Shown one piece after another: positions 39,722-49,962 of a stretch of 64,000 nucleotides of DNA. Source of the stretch: Fimbriosthenelais zetlandica (Eukaryota); the NCBI GenBank assembly GCA_977030845.1, contig OZ365110.1:30008001-30072000 (forward strand), given 5' to 3'. Position 1 is the stretch's first letter; each line of letters begins with the position of its first letter. The notes under the pieces are model-generated. The model worked only from the letters and a program-made list of their open reading frames with translations. It did no database searches and had not been told where the DNA came from. Made by a program: the position numbers and the translations under genes.

Positions 39722-42165
39722 TTGTGAGTTCGAGGAGGCAAAATACGTGCCTGTGGTGAGAATGTTCCAATGACTCCTTCCGACCTATACTTTTCCAGAA
39801 CGCAATAATATAAAGAGGCGCCCCAGTCTAAAATAATCTGATATAAAAATTGAAATAATTATTTATTTTCGTTATAAAGCCAGCACTCATTTAGACTTCT
39901 AGAAAATAATAGATTAAAACAATACAAAATGTTATTTTTCTGTTCATATTTAATGCATATCGTGTCGCAAGAGATTAAACGTGCCTGTTTCCAAAATATT
40001 TGAGACAATCTTATACTTAGCATTTGACTGTCAGTTTGGAAAGCAGACGGTAAAGTGCCTACTTCCACTTCCTCTGCTAGTTTTAGCGGCAATTACGACA
40101 CCTGTCACGAAATACGGCGTCATGTGACAGTTGATACGCCTATAGGCTTAGCTCCTGGTCAAGATTTCAGTGCCCACGATTTTTAATGTCTTGTTTGTCA
40201 TTATTTTTCGACAAAATTAATTATTTGTTGAATAAGAGAGACATTTCATTGGAAATGTGCAACATTTTGATCAATTCAACGAAATTGAAATAATTATCGA
40301 AACATGTAGATATTTCAAACCGAATCCTTAATTTTGCTACGTAAATCAGCAGCAATTATTAAAGAAAGGGCAATCCAAGAGACACACCTATAAACTACTT
40401 CATGAAATATAGATCTGTATCTTAGCATCCATAAAAGAACAACCGTTATCCAATCACCTGCAACCTGGAGGTCAGAGGGAGGCTGGTGACCCCCTGACCT
40501 ATTTGTTTTATGGATGAGCCGTTTTTTCTCACCTGCCCCAACAATATTATCTACCCAGAATGCACCTGAGGGACAGGTGACGAGCTAGCCGACAGGTGGA
40601 GCCACAAACGGTCTATATGAGGTCTAAATTTGCCCGTCATTAATTAAAGAAACATAACCATGTAAATCTTTATAAATATCCTCTAAAATATATTATTTAA
40701 AGTTATGATAGATAAGTTCCATTCCAACTTGCTGGTTGTAAATAAACATGATAATTCTATATTGTCATGTGAAGAGGATGTATCGATTTTATTTCTATTA
40801 AAAGTTTTTGAAATATCTTACCGATTTCGTGGGGCAGGTGTGTCGCAATCCATCCAGCAGGTGGAGCGTCCCGAGGTCGCAATGACCCGGATCAAGTGCC
40901 ACCGATCCTATTGTTACGAAGGCTATAAGAGGAACAGCTGTCAAGGAAAAAGGGCCCCAAGAAAATTTTACTATGCACACGTGTGAGGCAAGGATGGATG
41001 GGTGGGAAGGAAAGTTAAAAGGCGCACCTGCCCGAAAGATCCTGTAAAGGATTGGAATGTACTTGGTCTGAGGCATCTGTGGATGCCTCACACCAAATAG
41101 AGATAAGGCATATACAATTGAGTAGTTTCTTAACACAGACTTAACATTGGTTTTAAATTTAGATCTGTTTTGAAAGTAGTTCTTTGCTCGATCTCGCCAA
41201 GAATCTCCTTAATGTGTTTTTATCAGTATGCCACTATGGTAATTTTGGTATCTAACCAAACTCAAAAGGTAGGGAACGATGGTTGGTAGTGGCGGCAAAG
41301 AGTGTAGACTCTTTGGTGGCGGACCGGATCAGTCGCGCCACCTCCCGTTACAACTAAGAACTATATTAGATACAGTTACCAACGTTACGGACTATCATGT
41401 ATAGAGGGCGCTTCAGTCCTGGTCTTCACTTAGGACTTTTCATTCAAATTTAAATCCTTTCCAAGTTAGTAGACTAGCACTGGAAGGGGGTCACCCAATT
41501 GGCAAATACCTCACTATTATTGAGGGGTTATCTTCCTTTTTTTTTCTTTTTTCTTTTTTACCTCAGTCAGATAAAAAAAACGCACTTTCTTATATATTTT
41601 TTTATTTCTGATGTACTGTGCATTAACTCTAACCTGAGACACACCGATCATAGGCCTAATTATTATGAGATATACATGTAGCGAGAGTAGGCCTATCCAT
41701 AGTTCATTCTGTGCTAGCTAACACTTTACAACAAATTTTAAATGATTTATAGGCCTATTATAAGTGAGATAATGAAACATAATGGCCATACCTTATCCTT
41801 GCATGGCAAGTCATAGGCCTAGGCTACATGTTACACACCCGTAGCCACACTTGGTCACAAACGTTAGAGACAAAGTATATACTGAAAGAGCTGATATTAA
41901 TTGCCATCCACCACCTGCAGAGAATGTAGGCTAATATTATTTTCCTCTAATAATAAGCGTATAAATTCACTTTACCATGCATGTCATGCATGAAGCTGCA
42001 TTTCATTAATATAACGTCTGTAAATAGCTCTTGCTGCTGGACTACAAAAAGGAACCGATAAAAAAAACAACGACTTCCGGTGACCTAGTGCCATTGCGGA
42101 GATAGAAAAACTCTCCAATCAGACGATCTTTGGTTATAAGTAAAAAGAATCCCACTTAGATGGGT

Positions 42166-42171
42166 TTTATT
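42166..42171 (-). terminator. Candidate poly(A) signal of the DUSP gene
   Basis: AATAAA on the minus strand ~250 nt past the stop codon. Confidence 0.4.
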
Positions 42172-42423
42172 CAAGGAAGGTGTAAAGAAATGAATCAATT
42201 ATGTGCGGTATAGATCTATATGAAGCCTATTATTAATGTCAATTGAGTCGAATCGGCGCCAGGACACCGGAAGTAGCGCGCCACCTTTTTATAGAAGCAC
42301 AGCAATGCTTGCAGACCCAATAAAAATGTAAATATCAATCTAAATTGAAAATATTCCCTCCTTTCATAGACTATGATATATATTTGTGCTGAAATTGAAT
42401 GAAGCTTTTCAAAAAGCTTTAGT

Positions 42424-43110
42424 CTATATGAACGAAGATCCCTTCTTATGAAGAAGATCCCTGTCCCTAGCAAATTCTATAAGCTGCTTTTTGAATCCAT
42501 CATTTGCTAAGACCACTGGTCTCTCTATTTTAATCCTTCGTAAGGCCTGCAGTAAGGTAATTTCCTGGGCCACCATAAGATAAGCAATACAGATTGCCCC
42601 ACTTCTATTCACCCCCAACTCACAATGTACCAATACCCTGCCTCCATTATCTCTAGCATGATCAATAAACTCCTTGGCTTTGTTAAAATGACGCAGAATA
42701 GGATAGCCATCATTATCTCTTGCTTGAAACTCATGGTAATTAGAAACTCCAGTTGCTTCTTGATCATAGGGAAGGCTCCGTTCTGGATGGCTCACCGGAT
42801 CAGCGGCACAGTTGAGCACATGTGTGATCCTGAATCGTCTAAGAATCCGGGGTGACCGTGCTTCACGGAGGTTTCCAATGAAGAGGTAATCCAGGAGTTC
42901 AGCCGGCGCATCTGAGCACTTGATTCCCCCTTTTCTGGGAGCTGTCAGTATGGTTTGCATCTTTTCGAAGTAGTCCGCGGTTTCCTTGCGAAGTAGACGT
43001 TCATAGTCACTGTACATCAGGGTCTCTGGTGTTTGTAAGAGGGACGCTGCCTCAGCGTTGAACCTTTGCCGTCTGTCCTCACTTTCAGGACTCCTCCTGG
43101 ACATTAGCAT
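42424..43110 (-). CDS. Atypical dual-specificity protein phosphatase (VHR/DUSP3/DUSP13/DUSP26-like), 228 aa, single coding exon
   Basis: DSPc hallmarks: LFIGN, ITHVLNCA, general-acid loop FQARDN, P-loop VLVHCELGVNRSGAICIAYLM, and RP..LANDGFKKQL. No rhodanese domain. In-frame TGA 13 codons upstream; a likely 5'-UTR splice acceptor at 43271-43272. Confidence 0.95.
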   Translation of the reverse strand: MLMSRRSPESEDRRQRFNAEAASLLQTPETLMYSDYERLLRKETADYFEKMQTILTAPRKGGIKCSDAPAELLDYLFIGNLREARSPRILRRFRITHVLNCAADPVSHPERSLPYDQEATGVSNYHEFQARDNDGYPILRHFNKAKEFIDHARDNGGRVLVHCELGVNRSGAICIAYLMVAQEITLLQALRRIKIERPVVLANDGFKKQLIEFARDRDLLHKKGSSFI

Positions 43111-46100
43111 CTTATTTTCTGGTTTCTCTTCCCGGAAGGCGATGCCTCAGAATGGCGGTTTAGTTGATGGAAATTGTTGGCTGAAATATGCTTCAGCCAA
43201 TACCTCTTCTGATATAGGGTTTAAAGTTGACTGACTTTTCAAGGCAGGCTTCTATACGTGTGTTTAACGTCTGTAAGTATATTAAGTGAAACATGATTTC
43301 AGTTTGATATCGTCACATTCCTTAAATCAGACGTCATTTATATGTCAGACAGGTGAAATTTGAGTGGAAAATGCTTGGAAAGAATGTGAGACTGAATACT
43401 TAATCCAAATTTATCATACAGTAATGATATTGCAATTCGAAATTATCTAGTCTAATTCGTCTAAAAGTCTATTTCTACCATCAAGCGAAATTTATCAAAA
43501 CGAGCAAAGGAAGGAAAATCCTAAATAAATCTTAATAATTATATCATTTAAATATAAATGAGGACAACATGTTTGATATTTCATACGGGGATAAACTGGA
43601 ATGAGGATTTTTATTTTGGAAGAAGTGACTGATTTATGGTTCCTTGATAAATACCTTCTTTGTGTTACCTTTCAGTACAGAAATTACCTTAGCTTGTGAT
43701 GTAGGAATAAACGGTAGCTTGGATGAACGTAAGCCAACGGCCGAAACCATTGCCTCAGAACCTGTCAGCATATCAAGTCATATATATTCCATTTCTTTAC
43801 CCCACATACTTTTTTTAATTCAACATTTAGGGTTTATATCCCAGATTGTCAACATACTTTGAACAGGCAAATATATCCAAAGCTTTGCCCGTTTAAAAAC
43901 AGTCATGTATTATAGTTTGAATTCTATTCTTTTGGCCCATTTTCTCAGTAATATCAGATGTTTCCCTATAGACTAACTCTCTTTCCTCAAAATTGAAAAA
44001 TTGTGGAAAACGTAAAAAGGATAACTATTTAATTTCCTGAATGTACAAAAACAAAGGTACGGGTATGCAATTTTATTATCAAGGGTAAATTGATAAAAAG
44101 AAATAGGTTAGCTAAGTTGGCTGCGATGAGAAAAGCCAAGAGGGAACTCTTGGAAACTTAGAGAAAGTGTACTAAGATGGAGGCTGTCCATGGAGATTGA
44201 GCACAAGACTAGCTGCAGTGAGAACACGGCTGTATTATAAAGGAGTGATAACACGTGCTCTACTGATATAAAACATGCAGCAGTAGAAGGTTTTACTACC
44301 TTCTTATTCACTAAAGAGAATTCCTCAGAAGAGCTTCCCATGTAGAGGCATCTTCTCTCATAGCGTGGAGGGGTGAGTAGGTTGGAGGGGTTGGGGGATA
44401 GGTGGGGGGGGGGTGTATATATATCAAGAGATCGGGAGGATCCAAGTGGCGCAGTCAGTGTATTAAGGATTTCAGAAAATGCATAACATTACCTTCATTA
44501 GAATTGAACTGAGGGTGTTTACCTATAAATTTTCAGACCTTTTACAAAATAATTATTCATATGTAAGGATTTTCCTTCAGTATACATCTTACACAGACAC
44601 AGAAAAAAAAATAAAGGAGATGTCAGGGCATGAACCATGCTGAGAATTAGGATGGGGTGGATTAAAATCAGACAAGGAGTACCGTGAGAAAGAACTCATG
44701 TTCACACACTCAGGTGAGAGGATCAGACACATAGTGGGGGGTTAAGTTCGAACACGGGTGGAGTAAACATACATTTTTTAACCCACCATATATTGCAAAG
44801 GGTGGAGCTTATCTCTACGGAAAGCATTACAAAAACTTACGATTCTCTAGATGCCCATTTTTGGTTACTGAACCTGTTTTCTCCCATCCTCCCATACCTA
44901 CTAACCATGATCCAAGCCTTGGACTGATAGAAACAGATGGGATCCACATCTTTACTCTCCCTCGCTATGTCTTACAGACATAACACCTTTCTTTCACTCT
45001 ACAACTTTTTCCCAGTTGGAAACGGGAGGGAGGAGGTGTAAGGGGTAGTCAGAATAGGTGATCACCAGGATATATCTAGAGAATATCTACGTGTTAAATA
45101 TGACGCTCTTAACAAATTAAAAAGAAACACATATAAATTATAGCAGCTCTGCCATATAAATGTGTCTTTCTAACAGAGTGTTGGAGATATATTACATAGC
45201 TAGCTATCAATATTTATATTACATACGTGTACATGTACACACGGACTATTTTCCCTCCTGTTTTATTGTTTAGATGTGTAACTAGGTAACTCTGGAAGAT
45301 TTGGACACAGCTATAGGGGAAGTCTAACCACTATGATGTATGGGAAAGTCTGGGGTAAACAAGATTTCTCCCTTCTGGCAGGCTTCCAGAAACCAGACAT
45401 ATTTATTACATTGTTTCCTGCAACCTTTTCTCATAATTTAAATAAAGCCGAGGTTTCCAAGAAGAAGATCAATATGGAATTAAAAAATTACTACGCCTGA
45501 TGAGAAACAGAGTTAAATTGTTAAATGTGTTAAATTGCGTCAAGTATTCAACATTTTCTTATATTTGCTGTGACTGGAAAAAATAATATTTTTTAGGAAT
45601 ATTTAATTGTCTGAGTAATAATGATTAAGGAAAAGTAACATCCATGACTTTATATTTGTGGTGTCTACATATAACACTCTATGTCTATGTCTCCACCCAT
45701 TCACACATACCAGAAGTTCTTAAGTATATTTATGTCCCACTAATCTTTCCTGAGTTGTAACTGGCTTGCTTAAAAAATACAGGCAAGGGCTGAGCAGGTA
45801 AGAATTGCTCATGGAGTGTCGCCGTGTAAATATCGGTAGAAATATCAGGGAAATATAACTTGCAACAAAATTAAAATGTGTTAAATATGGTCAAGGATGA
45901 CAGGGTTTCTAACTAACTTACAAATGTACCAACCTGTACCTGGAATTCCAGGTGAATATTGACCACGGAAGAGCATTCAGTGGACCCAGTGCAAGTCTGG
46001 GTCTTTATGGGTGATCCTGCTTCCCCTGCCAAGTCACACCTGTGACTGGGTACAGGTCCAAATCCACGTGTTCCTCTTCCTCCTCCTGTTACTCTCCCAT

Positions 46101-47945
46101 GTGAATTCCAGTTCTTTGAATTCCAGTTCCAGTTCACTATCCAGTCCAAATTTCGTGTGGCCTTTTGTCCTCTCAAGTAGCTCTTGATAATTGTGTAGTA
46201 CCTATTTTTTTCCCTATTCTTGTAATGGAAGTCCAATTTTTCTTTTCCCTCCACTTGACAGTACCTGCAGGCCTGTACAGTAAGCTTCCACAACCTGAAC
46301 TCTAAAATGTAGATGCACTCCAAGATTCTTTTTGGGTATTTTTCAGGCAGTGGCACAACTTGTGTCTGGGACAGCCGTTCTTGGAGGTGAATCTTTGTGG
46401 AGCTAATTGCGTTGTGGTGTTATCTGTTTGTGTGTATTGTATGTGTATATAGATGAAGCCACTCTAGCCGCCTGGAGAAAGCCTTGTTGTTGAGTGCTGG
46501 AGGAGTTGGAGGAAGAGGGTGGATGTATGAGGGGTTGGAGTAGAGGGGTGAGATGCTGGCTTAGCATGGAGGAAGAAGGGTAAATGTTGGATGATCCACA
46601 TATAGGGGGGATACTCTCCATTTATGTTTGATGAATCGTCCATTTAGCGAGTATAGTTATTATGCCCTATTTTTTTTCGTCTTTTTTCTGTTACTGTGCT
46701 CCGCGAGTCGTCGGTTCATTCAATACGTAATTTAGTCGTTTAATTTTGTACATATCACCCTCTGGTATAGTACCGACATTTTGTATATCTTTCTGTTGTG
46801 CCCTCCACAGTTCCCCACTTGGTGTATGAACCAAGAGCGAGTTATTTCGAGGATTTAATGGCCGGCTTTCTGAGGTTGAGAGTCAGGAGAGGTCACCGTC
46901 AGGAAATTTGTTTTTATGTAAAACATTCTAGGTCCCTATCTTATTTTCAGTTGCCTAACTACTCCCTTTTGCATATTTAAATACTGTTAAATATCCCAAC
47001 GTTTTACTATTTCGCGTTACAATGTTAGGTCGAGGTCGAGTTCCAATCGTCCGAGTTATTACGGATATCTGAAGTTGTGATTAAGATAAAAAGAGGCCAA
47101 TCCATAATCAATAAGCAAAATTAACTGAAAACGCCCCTCTTCACACACAAATGCATGACATTGTACATTTTGTATATTAAGATTTATAAATATCCATTTG
47201 CAGTATTATGCCTATATCCCTTTTTGTATGTTTTTTTCCTTGAAAGAAGGAACTAATGAAGGTTGCCGAAAAATATTGCACTTGTTACATTACAATCCTA
47301 CATACGTGTGCGCCCTCTAGACGCCCTGACTAGAGATCCGTGTGTTTATGTTACCCCCCAAACCCGAGAACCCGGCGAAACCCGAGCGATCACGTAGTAG
47401 TTCCCTATCCAACTTAACCTGGGATTATTACTCCTGGTTCACTGGATCAGTGCTAGGAAAATTGTTACACTAAAATTTTTCAGATAACGCACTGACAATG
47501 TTCAGATATTTGTACAACTTTCTTTGTTCCATTTTTATTTGGATAAACTCCAAACAAGCATCGACACATAGAATGGGTTTAATAGCTGATGCGAGTTTAG
47601 CTACAAGTAGCAAATTTAGCTACACAAATTGGCTACAGGATTGACACAAATAAAAACAATGCAATGTCCAAACCTTTGTGTAATTGCCAAAGCATTCCGC
47701 AAACCCACAATAGCTTTACCAATTAAACCCTTTAATAACAAAACATTCCAAAAATACTCAGATAATCGGTTACCTCCACAACTGATTATTCTACCTGCAC
47801 AGTAAAAATCTACACTTCACTATGTTGAAAGGCTTTAAGATTACTGTCAATATTAGAGCACTGTGATATAAGTGACGTCATGCTCCCCCCCCCCCCCGAC
47901 CCCACCCCACCCTTTATCTATTATACACAAGCCCGATATTTTATA

Positions 47946-47951
47946 TTTATT
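47946..47951 (-). terminator. Candidate poly(A) signal of the CARD-PDZ gene
   Basis: AATAAA on the minus strand ~140 nt past the stop codon. Confidence 0.3.
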
Positions 47952-48093
47952 ATATATGAAGAAACTGGGATATTATGATAATGACTGTATCACCTATAGG
48001 AACACGGGAACAAAATCTATTCCTAACCCTCATTACGCGCCTTCACTTCATCACTCATGATACAATAGCGTCACTGACCTCTATAGTTAGAGT

Positions 48094-49962
48094 TTAAGGG
48101 ATATTGGCAAGTCTATCGCATGGTAGGACAGTAAAACTGTGTATTTGTCTTGCAGATTCCATCAATGAATCCATGTGATCCATGGTCGTAACGCGTTTAC
48201 CATTAATTTTATAAATAGTAAAACCTTTTTGCATGGAACCAAACTCCTCGGCCCGCGATGCAGCTGATCCCGCTGATATTTCTTTGATATAAACTTGTTC
48301 GTCTCCTTCCCACCGAGGGGCGACACGTCCATCTTCTAAGCCAATCCCACAATCACAAAAGAGTTTGATGGATTCGGTCAACACGATTCTTCGTTTAGAA
48401 CGCTGTGATACCCCAAACATGGCATTCACATTTAAAACGAAAATTCCAGGAGATTTCACTTCGTCGAGGTATTTGGGTGGTTCTGATGCTAAATTAAAAA
48501 AGATAAGGAATATGAGCCTGCAGGAGTAATTAAGCACACAAGGCCATGTATACATGTAGCAAAATTCTCTACATGTATATATACGTGAGACTATCGTATC
48601 TCTAAAATGATAAACCTTTTTATGACAATATAAAAGACAAGGTATACATCAGCACCACATCAAGGGAGTTTGCTCTCCACCCAACCCCATGCCTTTTCAC
48701 GATCTATGACAATTATGCATATCACTGACCTTTTTCTGACGCTTGCCACGGATCTTGGGGAAGGCCTCCAACCGCTCCCTTTACCTCTGAAAGGCAGGAT
48801 TTCAATTTGTTATATACTTTCACTGCACTTCCTGCAAGCCTATACTTGTTAGTAAAATTCAACTCGAGCGAAATAAAATTTTCCTCTCAAAAATGGCTGT
48901 TCTTTTACCAGTTCAATATACAAAATCCTATACATCGGCGTACATTGGAAAAAGGCCTACCTGTGACATCTGTGTCAAATGTGTGCCACCCTTGAGGTCT
49001 ACTGGCTGGAACTTTAACCTCTGCAACCATAGCAAATTAAAGCAGTATGAACTATCTGAATTATATTAATTACTAGAATAATATTGCAATATTACAAACA
49101 TCATATTTAAACTGATATGCATTATTCACCTGTATTTTCTTGATCAAACGTCTCCCATGGAATGTGCTTTTGTGTCACCTGTAGGCCTGCTGTAGGCCTC
49201 CTGAACTCTGTCAATGACAATAATGTTGTTATAGATATGGTTATATTGTTTACTATATATAATTATTTTCGTTATTTTATACATACTCATATCGACACAG
49301 TAAAAGAAACTTGAATGTCTACAAAGACTTACTTATAGCTTTATTATAGTCTTCCTTCATGATTTCAGCCAAAGAGCCTTGCCCTGCATACTTTAAGGCT
49401 TCAAGGAAAATCTCAAATGTTTTGCGACTTCGAAAGTTCAGGGTGCGCAGGATCCTGGGATATCAAAATTATAATCTATTACAGAGAATCATTATGTATA
49501 CTGTTGTTATACGCAAAATGTGTATAATATTTTTTTTGCCTGTGACTTGTTACCTGGAGTAGTATTGATTTGGTCATGGACTTAACGTGACTCCTACCCT
49601 TTAAAATGTGTGATAGATGGTCTTGATTATTTCATATATTGTAGGACAGTATCTCAGGAGGCAATATAGATAGAACTAAGAAGACTGACCGTTTAGTAAT
49701 AATCAATAGCTAAAAGAATAGTTAATCAATAGTGCAAAAACAGAATAGTTAATAAAAAGTCTCACCGTTTTATTTTCTCTATAGCTGTGTGTTTTGCCTT
49801 GAGCTTTTGGTAATTATATTCATCATATTTATAGTTTTCGATAAGATAATCCATCATGTCATCAACTTGAGCTGGCAGGATGACATGGAAAAATGGCCAA
49901 TGACGTCTCACCGTCTCCACCGCCGCCTCCACTGCCTCCACACTCTCCCCTCGTCCATACAT
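48094..49962 (-). CDS. CARD- and PDZ-domain protein, 302 aa, 6 coding exons
   Basis: Exons 49962-49766, 49454-49333, 49207-49130, 49020-48961, 48786-48730, 48488-48094. All introns GT-AG, phases 2,1,1,1,1; total 909 nt, open to TAA. N-terminus VRRHWPFF...MMDYLIEN...QKLKAKHTAIEKIKRILRTLNFRSRKTFEIFLEALKYAGQGSLAEIM follows the CARD pattern. C-terminus RIVL...DCGIGLEDG...VYIKEISAGSAASR...MQKGFTIYKINGKRV...DH...SFTVL follows the PDZ pattern. Confidence 0.85.

Noticed and set aside
43111-43254. N-terminal extension of DUSP through an in-frame TGA (selenocysteine or readthrough)
   Set aside because: The 34 open codons upstream of the TGA have no ATG and are closed by a TAG (43252-43254) lying downstream of the splice acceptor, so nothing can initiate in that frame.
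47274-47285. miR-92-like 12-mer TATTGCACTTGT (also miR-9-like TCTTTGGTTAT at 24721 and ~42128)
   Set aside because: The matches stop after 11-12 nt and no complementary arm forms a hairpin.
48586-48603. Extra micro-exon of CARD-PDZ after a TTTTAG acceptor
   Set aside because: In the required phase it reads AG ATA CGA TAG, an immediate stop; exon 5 splices cleanly to 48488.
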